Of a stretch of 39,671 nucleotides of DNA, positions 31,316 to 38,901 are shown piece after piece. The notes under the pieces were generated by a model. The model did not search any database. It was not told the DNA's origin and was given only the letters and a program-made list of their open reading frames with translations. Origin of the DNA: Gemmatimonadota bacterium (GTDB taxonomy: Bacteria; Gemmatimonadota; Gemmatimonadetes; Longimicrobiales; RSA9); contig JAGTUV010000426.1 of the NCBI GenBank assembly GCA_018224305.1, forward strand, positions 1-39,671, in the 5' to 3' direction. The translations under genes were made by a program, and so were the position numbers. The number at the start of each line of letters is the position of its first letter. Position 1 is the first letter of the stretch.

Positions 31316-32998
31316 GTGGCTGAACGTTTCGAGGACCTCGGCCTGAGCGACGCGATCGTCGAGGCGGCGCGTGCGGCGGGTTACGAACGACCCACGCCGC
31401 TTCAGGCCGCATCTGCGAACGTGCTTCGGCGCGGAGGCAATGTGGTGCTGCACGCATCGTCGGGAGCAGGCGTGGTCGCGGCGGTCGCCATGCCGCTGCT
31501 CGACCGTCTCGTCGAAGGCGACGTTTCCGATGCCGGTCCGCGCGCGCTTGTGCTCGCGCCGACGCAGCAGCGGGCGGAAGCGCTCGCGGGCGGGTTCGGC
31601 GCGCTTGCGGGTGCGACCGGTCTCACGGTGCGTGCAATTGCCCCCGGCTGGCATGCGGCGGGAGGCGATGTGATCGTCACCACGCCGCAGCGCGCGCTGG
31701 AGGCAGTGGAAACGTCCGAACTCAAGCTTGGCGGTGTGGAAGCGCTGGTCATTATGGATGCCGCGGGCACGTTCGCGCTGAACGGTGAGAGTGCGCTCGA
31801 GACGCTCGCGCCGCTCGTGCCGAAGGAGGCGCAGCGCATCGTGACGAGTGCGGAACTGACGGGCGACATCGAGCGCTTTATCGAGGGGCACGCGAGGAAG
31901 GCGCTGACCGTGCCCGCGCGTCCGGCGGCACCGCCGCGCGTACCGCAGACTGCGGAGTCGGCCGGTCAGATCGGCTACATGATCGTGGAAGAGCAGGCCA
32001 AGGCGGAGGTGCTTGCACGGCTGCTCGAGTCGGTGGAGGGAGATGCCCTCGTCTTTACGCGTACCGCACTGCGTGCCGAGCGCGTGCTGCGGGATCTGTC
32101 GCGGCGCGGCATCGCGGATGGCGAGCGCGACATCCGCGTGCTCCCGTTCGACGCGGCGGGCGAGACCGCCAGCCGCGTAGTCAGCTACGACGTCCCGTTC
32201 TCGGCGGAGGATCTGCGGACCATACATTCCGCCGGCGGCACCGTGCTCGCAACGGCGGCGGAGCGCGCGCATTTCCGGCGCATCGCCGCCGAGGTGCCGT
32301 TCACCGCGAAACACCGCCGCGCGCGCCCGCTCGATGGCGGCGCGCTGGACGCGTTCCGCGGTACCGTGAGCGCGGCGCTCGAGGCGGAAGACCTGGATTC
32401 GCAACTGCTCGTGCTGGAGCCGCTGATAGACGAGTACTCGGCGGCGGAAGTCGCCGCCGCGCTCAGTGCACTGCTGCGCCGACGCGCACCCGCCGCGGGT
32501 GCCACCGCCGCTGCTGCTGCACCCGCAGCGGTCAGTGGTGCGCCTCCCGCCGATGCGACGGTCGGCGGGTTCACCCGCCTGTTCGTCAGTGTCGGACTGC
32601 GTGACAACATCCGGCCGGGCGATCTCGTGGGTGCGATCACGGGCGAGGCGAACATCAAGGGCGACCAGGTCGGGCGCGTCGATATCCGCGAGTCGTTCGC
32701 CGTCGTCGAAGTCGCATCCGCCGTCGCCGAGCGGGTGATTCGCGCGCTGAACGGCACCACGATGCGCGGCCGCAGCCTCCGCGTCGACTATGACCGCAAG
32801 GGCGCCGGTGGCAGCGGGGGCGGTCGCGAGAGCCGGGGTCCGGGCGGGTCGGGCGGTCCTCGTGGTTCCGGCGGTCCGCGTGGTTCGAGCGGTCCACGGG
32901 GTCCGGGCGGCGGTTCGGGTGACCGGTCGCGTCCGCCGCGCGGCGAGGATCCGCGTGCGCCGCGGAGCGACCGTCCGCGCAGCCCGCGCGGCCGGTAG
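31316..32998 (+). CDS. DeaD/CsdA-like DEAD-box-fold protein with degenerate ATPase motifs, DbpA-type RNA-binding domain and RGG tail
   Basis: GTG 31316 with GAGGAG 5 nt upstream, giving 560 aa. The Q motif YERPTPLQ is kept. Motif I reads ASSGAGVV (31454-31477) and motif II reads MDAA (31754-31765). The C-terminal FTRLFVSVGLRDNIRPGDLVGAI...RVIRALNGTTMRGRSLRV is a DbpA-like RBD, followed by GGSGGPRGSGGPRG repeats. Confidence 0.85.
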   Translation: MAERFEDLGLSDAIVEAARAAGYERPTPLQAASANVLRRGGNVVLHASSGAGVVAAVAMPLLDRLVEGDVSDAGPRALVLAPTQQRAEALAGGFGALAGATGLTVRAIAPGWHAAGGDVIVTTPQRALEAVETSELKLGGVEALVIMDAAGTFALNGESALETLAPLVPKEAQRIVTSAELTGDIERFIEGHARKALTVPARPAAPPRVPQTAESAGQIGYMIVEEQAKAEVLARLLESVEGDALVFTRTALRAERVLRDLSRRGIADGERDIRVLPFDAAGETASRVVSYDVPFSAEDLRTIHSAGGTVLATAAERAHFRRIAAEVPFTAKHRRARPLDGGALDAFRGTVSAALEAEDLDSQLLVLEPLIDEYSAAEVAAALSALLRRRAPAAGATAAAAAPAAVSGAPPADATVGGFTRLFVSVGLRDNIRPGDLVGAITGEANIKGDQVGRVDIRESFAVVEVASAVAERVIRALNGTTMRGRSLRVDYDRKGAGGSGGGRESRGPGGSGGPRGSGGPRGSSGPRGPGGGSGDRSRPPRGEDPRAPRSDRPRSPRGR

Positions 32999-33012
32999 GC
33001 GCACCGGGGTGC

Positions 33013-33057
33013 ATGAAAAAGGAGCCGCGAACCCTGAGGTTCGCGGCTCCTTTTCAT
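33013..33057. terminator. Bidirectional intrinsic terminator between the helicase-like gene and hup
   Basis: 13-bp stem GGAGCCGCGAACC (33021-33033) / GGTTCGCGGCTCC (33038-33050) with loop CTGA. It is flanked by AAAAA on the left and TTTT on the right. Confidence 0.85.
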
Positions 33058-33071
33058 CCGTGTGTGAAGGT

Positions 33072-33371
33072 CTACCGCTGACTGGCCGGCTTCACCGCGT
33101 CCTTGAGTGCCTTGCCCGGCCGGAACGACGCGCTGGTCGTTGGCCCGATGCGGATCTCGAGGCCCGTGCGCGGGTTGCGGCCCGTGCGGGCCTTGCGCTC
33201 CCGCGTCTCGAAGGTGCCGAAGCCGGTGATCTGTACGCGATCGCCTTGGCGCAGCGCGTCCGGGATGACTCCGTCTTCAGGGCTGAAAATCGCATCGACG
33301 GCCTTCTGAGCGTCCGCCTTGCTGATGTCCGCCTTGGTGGCCAGCGCCTGTGCCAGCTCCGACTTGTTCAT
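33072..33371 (-). CDS. hup: HU family DNA-binding protein
   Basis: 99 aa. MNKSELAQALATKADISKADAQKAVDAIF...GFGTFETRERKARTGRNPRTGLEI matches the HU/IHF fold and arm motif. GAGGAG lies upstream of the ATG. Confidence 0.9.
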   Translation of the reverse strand: MNKSELAQALATKADISKADAQKAVDAIFSPEDGVIPDALRQGDRVQITGFGTFETRERKARTGRNPRTGLEIRIGPTTSASFRPGKALKDAVKPASQR

Positions 33372-33633
33372 GTGCCGCTCCTCGCTCTCGAGATGATGGG
33401 GAGTCCCGCGATTCCGTGTGTTAATGAAATCCGCGCACGCTCCGACCCGTACAGCCCTCCGCTGCCCGTGGTCTCCGACAGCAACTCACACTTGCGCTGC
33501 GTTCGCCCGCGGAACAAGTTCCGCACGCCGGACGAAGCGGTACGCCGGGCGCTGGCGAGTGCCGAATAGAGTAGGGAGGCCCTCCGGCAACGTCAAGGGA
33601 ACGCCGCCCGCCACCTGCCTCCTGACATCATTC

Positions 33634-34950
33634 ATGGGACCAATGGACGCGACCCGCGGCTCGCTGCGCGACCGCGAGCTGGACGTCGCTCGCGAGATAG
33701 CGAATGCCTTCCTCACGGCGGGCTCGCCCGTCGAGGTCTATCGCCTCGCGCTCGCGCGCGTGACGCCCCTCGTGCGCGCCAGCTTCAGCTCCGTTTTCGA
33801 GCGCGATCCCGACGACCCCGCACTGCTCAAGCTGACCTGTGCAAACAACTGGCCGCAGGCGTCCGCACGCTACCTGGGTCAGCTGCGGCTGCGGGTCGGC
33901 CGTGGCCCCACCGGCGGAGCGGTCGCGCGGATGGAACCGGTCGAGGTGGAGGACGTGTTCGCCGATCCGCGGCTCCGGGAATGGCACGAGCCTGCCCGCG
34001 AGCTGGGGTTCGTATCCCTCATATCCCTGCCGCTCGCGACCGGCGACCGGGCGACGGGCGCGCTGACGTTCTACTTCGATGAGCCTCACCCGTTCGATGA
34101 GGACGAGCGTCACCTGCTGAAGCTGATCGCCGATCAGCTTGCGGTGGCGAGTGCCCGCGTGGCCGCGCTCCAGGCGGAACGCGGGGAGCTGGAGGTACTG
34201 CGCACCGAGAACGCGATCCTGCGCCAGCGACTCGGTGCGAACGCCGACGCGAAGCGACTGAGCGACGAGTTCCTGGCCAACATCAGTCACGAGCTGCGTA
34301 CGCCTCTCACATCGATCCTCGGCTACGCCAGCCTGCTGGCGGAAGGTCAGGCCGGCACGCTGCCGGACGCACAACGCAACACGGTGCTCCGGATCGAGCG
34401 ATCTGCCAATGTGCTGCTCCACCTCATCAACGACCTACTGGCGCTCTCGCAGGTCAAGCTCGGTCGCGCAGCGGTCACCATAGCGCCCGACGATGCCGTC
34501 CACCTCGCCCGCCTGGCACTCGACTCCGCGGGCACTGCGCAACCGGGCGTGCGTGTCACGCTCGAGGCCGATACCGATCGCATACCGATCATGACCGATG
34601 GCGAGAAGGTCGGGAAGATCCTCGAGAACCTTCTCAGCAACGCGTACAAGTTCACGGAGCGCGGAAGCGTGACGCTGACCGTTCGTGACACGACGGAGGA
34701 CGGCGTGCCCGCCGTGGAGTGGATCGTCGAGGACACGGGGATCGGCATCGCGAAGGGGCAGCTGGAAGCGATCTTCGATGAGTTCCGGCAGGTCGACGGT
34801 TCCTCGACGCGCCTGTACGGGGGCACCGGCCTCGGCCTGGCGCTGTGCCGCGCGCTCGCGCGACTGCTCGGCGGCCGGATCACGGTCCGAAGCGAGGAGG
34901 GGAAGGGTTCCCGGTTCCGGGTGGTGGTGCCGGGGACCGTTCAGGGCTGA
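33634..34950 (+). CDS. Cytoplasmic GAF-domain sensor histidine kinase
   Basis: Start at ATG 33634; the upstream part of the track ORF is Arg/Thr-rich noise. It has an N-terminal GAF-like domain. The H-box is NISHELRTPLTSILGY, the N-box LLSNAYKFT, G1 DTGIGI and G2 GTGLGLALCRAL. There is no TM segment and no adjacent response regulator. Confidence 0.85.
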   Translation: MGPMDATRGSLRDRELDVAREIANAFLTAGSPVEVYRLALARVTPLVRASFSSVFERDPDDPALLKLTCANNWPQASARYLGQLRLRVGRGPTGGAVARMEPVEVEDVFADPRLREWHEPARELGFVSLISLPLATGDRATGALTFYFDEPHPFDEDERHLLKLIADQLAVASARVAALQAERGELEVLRTENAILRQRLGANADAKRLSDEFLANISHELRTPLTSILGYASLLAEGQAGTLPDAQRNTVLRIERSANVLLHLINDLLALSQVKLGRAAVTIAPDDAVHLARLALDSAGTAQPGVRVTLEADTDRIPIMTDGEKVGKILENLLSNAYKFTERGSVTLTVRDTTEDGVPAVEWIVEDTGIGIAKGQLEAIFDEFRQVDGSSTRLYGGTGLGLALCRALARLLGGRITVRSEEGKGSRFRVVVPGTVQG

Positions 34951-36848
34951 GAAACGCCCGATCCGGGCGGCTCTCCGGTCCTCCCCCTCGGCATGATACG
35001 CGGCTTCGTCATCGCGGCGGGCGACAGGATCTCATCCAGTTCCGCTTTGCTCATCCACTCCTTCTCGAGCACCAGTTCGTAGACGCCGCGGTCGGTGTCG
35101 AGCGCCTCGCGTGCGACGGCGGTGGCGCGGTCATAGCCGATGTAGGGCACGAGTGCGGTGACGATGCCGATGCTGCGCTCGAGCATGGCGCGGATGTGGT
35201 CGCGGTCCGCGGTGATGCCGACGATGCAGCGCTCGCGCAGCACGATGACGGCCTGGGTGAGCATATCGACGGACTGGAAGATGTTGAACGCGATGACGGG
35301 CTCCATCACGTTCAGCTGCAACTGGCCGGCTTCGGCGGCCATCGTCACGACTACATCGTTGCCGATCACCTGGAAGCACACCTGGTTGACGACCTCCGGT
35401 ATGACCGGATTGACCTTGCCGGGCATGATGCTCGAGCCCGGCTGCATTGGGGGGAGCCGGAGCTCGGCAATGCCTGCGCGCGGTCCGCTCGAGAGCAGGC
35501 GCAGGTCATTGCAGATCTTCGAGAGCTTGACCGCGACGCGCTTGAGCAGGCCGGACAGCATGACGAATACGCCGGTGTCCTGGGTCGCTTCGACGAGGTC
35601 GGGCGAGGTGACGAGGTCCAGGCCGGTGATCTCGCTCAGGTGCGTGCGCACGAGGCCGGCATAGCGGGGATCGGCGTTGATGCCGGTGCCAATGGCGGTC
35701 GCGCCCATGTTGATCTCATGCAGGTGCACTACCATCTCGCGCAGCCGGTCGATGTCCTCGCCGATCGTCACGCCATAGGCATGGAACTCCTGACCGAGCG
35801 TCATCGGCACCGCATCCTGGAGCTGTGTGCGACCCATCTTCACGATGTCCGAGAACTCCTGGCCCTTGAGCAGGAACTCATCGCGGAGGGCGGCGAGTGC
35901 CTGGCTCAGGTCGCGCAGGCCCCAGCTCGCGGCGATGCGCAGCGACGTTGGATAGACATCGTTCGTGGACTGCGACAGGTTCACATGGTTGTTCGGATGC
36001 AGCACGTCGTACGAGCCGCGCGGCTGACCGAGCAGCTCGAGCGCACGGTTCGCGATGACCTCGTTCGCGTTCATGTTCGTCGATGTGCCGGCACCGCCCT
36101 GGATGACATCGACGACGAACTGGTTGTGCAGGTTGCCATCGCGGATCTCGCGGCACGCGCGAATGATCGCGTCCGCGTGGTCGTCCGCGAGCAGACCCAG
36201 GTCGCGGTTCGATTCCGCCGCCGCTTCCTTCACGGCGGCGAGCGCGCGGATGAGGTGCGCGAACTGCGCGATCGGGATACCCGTGATCGGGAAATTCTCA
36301 ACCGCCCGCTGCGTCTGGATGCCGTAGTAGTTGGCGGCCAGGACCTCGCGCTCGCCCAGCAGGTCCTTCTCGCGCCGGACCTCGCCCGAGATGTACGACT
36401 CACCGCGTCCGGTCGCGCGTCCCGATGGCGAACTGAGACGCTCCGCGATCATGCGCGCGGCTGCCGACAGCAGCCGACGGTACAGGTCCGGCCGTTCCTC
36501 CGCGATGTGCGCGAACGCATCGCGCGGTATCTCCAGTACCTCGGCTGATTCAGTGACGAGTGCGGACGTGGAGTGCGGGTAGTCGTCCAGCAGGCTGCCC
36601 TCGCCGAACGAATCGCCGGGACCCATCACGTGGATCACGAGCGGCCGGCCGCGCGGTCCCTTGAGCAGCGAGACGCGACCCTTCAGCAGCATGCCCCAGA
36701 ACCGGCGCGGCTGGCTCTCGTGGAAGATGTACGTGTCGCGCAGATAACCAATGGTGCGCGCGTGGCCGGCGAGATGGTCGAGGTCGTCGGCGGAGAGCTC
36801 GCGCGCGAGTGGATGTGCGCGCAGCATGCGGAGGATGCTGGTATCCAT
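34941..36848 (-). CDS. aspA: Aspartate ammonia-lyase fused to an N-terminal CAP-type cyclic-nucleotide-binding domain
   Basis: 635-aa product from ATG 36848. Residues ~158-635 align by eye along the whole of E. coli AspA: GGAGTSTNMNANEV, MGRTQLQDAVPMTLGQEF, GSSIMPGKVNPVIPE. Residues ~1-137 have the cNMP-binding barrel pattern (IFHESQP...GDSFGEGSLL...ALVTESAEVLEIPRDAF). In the 49 codons upstream of 36848, third positions are only ~59% G/C by hand count, so they are treated as non-coding. Confidence 0.9.
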   Translation of the reverse strand: MDTSILRMLRAHPLARELSADDLDHLAGHARTIGYLRDTYIFHESQPRRFWGMLLKGRVSLLKGPRGRPLVIHVMGPGDSFGEGSLLDDYPHSTSALVTESAEVLEIPRDAFAHIAEERPDLYRRLLSAAARMIAERLSSPSGRATGRGESYISGEVRREKDLLGEREVLAANYYGIQTQRAVENFPITGIPIAQFAHLIRALAAVKEAAAESNRDLGLLADDHADAIIRACREIRDGNLHNQFVVDVIQGGAGTSTNMNANEVIANRALELLGQPRGSYDVLHPNNHVNLSQSTNDVYPTSLRIAASWGLRDLSQALAALRDEFLLKGQEFSDIVKMGRTQLQDAVPMTLGQEFHAYGVTIGEDIDRLREMVVHLHEINMGATAIGTGINADPRYAGLVRTHLSEITGLDLVTSPDLVEATQDTGVFVMLSGLLKRVAVKLSKICNDLRLLSSGPRAGIAELRLPPMQPGSSIMPGKVNPVIPEVVNQVCFQVIGNDVVVTMAAEAGQLQLNVMEPVIAFNIFQSVDMLTQAVIVLRERCIVGITADRDHIRAMLERSIGIVTALVPYIGYDRATAVAREALDTDRGVYELVLEKEWMSKAELDEILSPAAMTKPRIMPRGRTGEPPGSGVSQP

Positions 36849-36933
36849 GTCGTCGGGACGAATGAGAGGAACGTCGGTGACGGCCGGAAGGTAAGCGGAC
36901 GATGCAGGCGAGGGAATGGACGTGCGAACCTTT

Positions 36934-36963
36934 TTGTGGCGTGCGGTAACCGAACGATATAAC
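36934..36963 (+). promoter_or_regulatory. Candidate sigma70-type promoter for the POT transporter gene
   Basis: TTGTGG (36934-36939), an 18-nt spacer, then TATAAC (36958-36963), about 70 nt upstream of ATG 37036 in a locally AT-richer gap. This is pattern matching only. Confidence 0.3.
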
Positions 36964-37035
36964 TTGGCCCGTCCCCGATCGTGACGCACAGGCACGCCGC
37001 GGCGTCAACCGGATACGACCACAGCACAGGCGGAT

Positions 37036-38793
37036 ATGGCGAACGACGACTCCCTGCCTCGTGACCCGCAGGCCGCAACCGTCGCGGCCGACGAGGCGCC
37101 TCCCGGCCTCGCCACCATGAAGGGTCAGCCCACGTTCCTCGGTCATCCACGAGGCCTCTCGACCCTGTTCTTCACCGAGATGTGGGAGCGCTTCAGTTAC
37201 TACGGGATGCGTGCACTGCTCATCCTCTTCATGACGGCAGCAGTGACGGGCGACAATCCCGGTCTCGGTTTCGGCGAGGCGACCGCGGGTGCGGTGTACG
37301 GCCTGTACACGTCGATGGTGTATCTCTTCACATTGCCCGGCGGCTGGATTGCCGACAATCTGTGGGGCCAGCGGCGGGCGGTGTTCGTCGGCGGCATCAT
37401 TATCGCCCTCGGCCACTTCACCATGGCCGGCCCGCTCGTCGGCCTGCCGGACCTGCCGACGTTCTATCTGGGCCTGCTGTTCATCGTGCTGGGTACGGGG
37501 CTGCTCAAGCCGAACGTCAGCACGATGGTCGGGGACCTCTACCCGGATCCGACCGCACTGTCCGACGAGCGCGAGCGCGAGGAGTGGGGCGCCAAGCGGG
37601 ATGCGGCGTTCTCGATCTTCTACATGGGCATCAACATCGGCGCGATGCTCGGCCCGTTCATCTGCAGCACGCTCGGCGAGAAGGTGAACTGGCACTGGGG
37701 CTTCTCGGCCGCCGGATTCGGCATGGTGCTGGGCCTCATCCAGTACAAGATGGGCGACCGCTATCTCGGTGAGGCGGGCTATCTCCAGACCACCGACACG
37801 CTGGATGTCGTCGCGCGGCGCAGCCGCAACTTCTTCATGGGCGCGGCCGGGGTAGGTGCCGTGTCGGCGCTGGTCGTTTTCCTGCTCGTGACCGGTGCGC
37901 TCGGGATGACGCTCGAAGCGTTCGCGACGTGGATCGGCTACGGCATTCTGCTGCTGTCGATCCTGTTCTTCACGTGGCTGATCTTCAATGCGCTGTGGGC
38001 GGCGGGGCTGTTCACGCTGTTCGCCATCATTGCCGGCGTGCTGACGCCGGACATGGGGACGACGGGAGGGCAGTGGGCGATTCTCGCGACACTCGGCGTG
38101 TTCATTCTGATGAACATCGGCCTGCTCGCGTCCCGCGGGGCGGCGGTCAGCGTCGAGAAGAAGCGCCTCATGGTGATCTTCTGGCTGTTCCTCCTGGCGG
38201 CGATCTTCTGGTCCGGCTTCGAGCAGGCGGGCTCGTCCATGAACCTGTTCGCGCAGGACCTGACGGACCGCACGGTGTTCGGCTGGGAGATGCCGGCGGG
38301 GTACCTGCAGAACGTGAATCCGTTCTTCATCATCGTGCTGGCACCGGTGTTCGGCGTGCTCTGGACGTGGCTTGCCAGCCGGGACAGGAACCCGTCGATC
38401 CCCATGAAGTTCGGGCTCGCGCTGCTCGGCCTGGCGGCCGGCATGTTCGTGCTGTCGTGGGGCGCGGCGTACGCGTCGGCAACCGACCGCGTGTCGATGG
38501 CGTGGCTGGTGGTCACCTACTTCCTGTTCACGGTCGGAGAACTTGCGCTGTCGCCCGTCGGTCTGTCTTCCATGACCAAGCTGGCACCTCCGGGACGTCT
38601 GGGTCAGATGATGGGCGTATGGTTCATCGCCGCGGCGCTGGGCAACCTGTTCGCCGGACTGGTGGCGGGGAGCCTGGAGACGCTGGCGCCCTCGGCGCTC
38701 TTCCGGATGGTCGCGCTGTTCACCGCGGCCGCGGGGATCGTCGCGCTGCTGGCGAGCCCGTGGGTGAAGCGGCTGACGCACGGCGTGAAGTAG
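37036..38793 (+). CDS. Proton-dependent oligopeptide transporter (POT/PTR2 family, DtpT-like)
   Basis: 585 aa. GHPRGLSTLFFTEMWERFSYYGMRALLILFM contains the ExxERFxYY signature, and FYMGINIGAMLGP is present. It has about 14 hydrophobic helices. Confidence 0.9.
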   Translation: MANDDSLPRDPQAATVAADEAPPGLATMKGQPTFLGHPRGLSTLFFTEMWERFSYYGMRALLILFMTAAVTGDNPGLGFGEATAGAVYGLYTSMVYLFTLPGGWIADNLWGQRRAVFVGGIIIALGHFTMAGPLVGLPDLPTFYLGLLFIVLGTGLLKPNVSTMVGDLYPDPTALSDEREREEWGAKRDAAFSIFYMGINIGAMLGPFICSTLGEKVNWHWGFSAAGFGMVLGLIQYKMGDRYLGEAGYLQTTDTLDVVARRSRNFFMGAAGVGAVSALVVFLLVTGALGMTLEAFATWIGYGILLLSILFFTWLIFNALWAAGLFTLFAIIAGVLTPDMGTTGGQWAILATLGVFILMNIGLLASRGAAVSVEKKRLMVIFWLFLLAAIFWSGFEQAGSSMNLFAQDLTDRTVFGWEMPAGYLQNVNPFFIIVLAPVFGVLWTWLASRDRNPSIPMKFGLALLGLAAGMFVLSWGAAYASATDRVSMAWLVVTYFLFTVGELALSPVGLSSMTKLAPPGRLGQMMGVWFIAAALGNLFAGLVAGSLETLAPSALFRMVALFTAAAGIVALLASPWVKRLTHGVK

Positions 38794-38830
38794 GTACCCC
38801 GGCCGCCTGCGAGGGCGAACGGAGGGCACG

Positions 38831-38871
38831 AAAAAGCGCCCCCGGCGGTGACAGCCGCCGGGGGCGCTTTT
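38831..38871. terminator. Bidirectional intrinsic terminator between the POT and OPT transporter genes
   Basis: Arms AAAAAGCGCCCCCGGCGG (38831-38848) / CCGCCGGGGGCGCTTTT (38855-38871) with a 6-nt loop. The A tract on the left and T tract on the right make it usable on either strand. Confidence 0.85.
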
Positions 38872-38872
38872 C

Positions 38873-38901
38873 TCATGCGTCGATCATGCGTCGATCATGC
38901 G
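38873..38901. repeat. 11-bp tandem duplication TCATGCGTCGA x2.6
   Basis: Copies lie at 38873-38883 and 38884-38894, with a partial copy at 38895-38901. The last copy contains the OPT gene stop codon (TCA at 38895-38897, read on the minus strand). Confidence 0.8.

Noticed and set aside
31235-33004. 589-aa minus-strand ORF
   Set aside because: It is antisense to the DeaD-like gene. The plus frame has the Q motif, a DbpA-like domain, a Shine-Dalgarno and a terminator; the minus frame is Arg-rich noise.
33418-33633. 72-aa upstream extension of the histidine kinase ORF
   Set aside because: The sequence is Arg/Thr/Pro-rich and non-protein-like, and it lies in the divergent promoter gap with hup. 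The GAF domain begins just after ATG 33634.
34845-36548. 567-aa plus-strand ORF
   Set aside because: It is antisense to the aspartase gene, which aligns end to end with E. coli AspA. This is a shadow ORF.
36849-36995. 49-codon upstream extension of the cNMP-aspartase ORF (GTG 36995)
   Set aside because: By hand count third positions are only about 59% G/C, against much higher values in the neighbouring coding sequence. The stretch holds AT-rich promoter-like sequence for the divergent POT gene, and the cNMP-domain pattern begins right after ATG 36848. No Shine-Dalgarno was seen for either start, so this remains a judgement call.
36550-38829. 759-aa minus-strand ORF
   Set aside because: It is antisense to the POT transporter, which carries the ExxERFxYY signature. 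The ORF is Arg/Gln/His/Pro-rich with no motifs.
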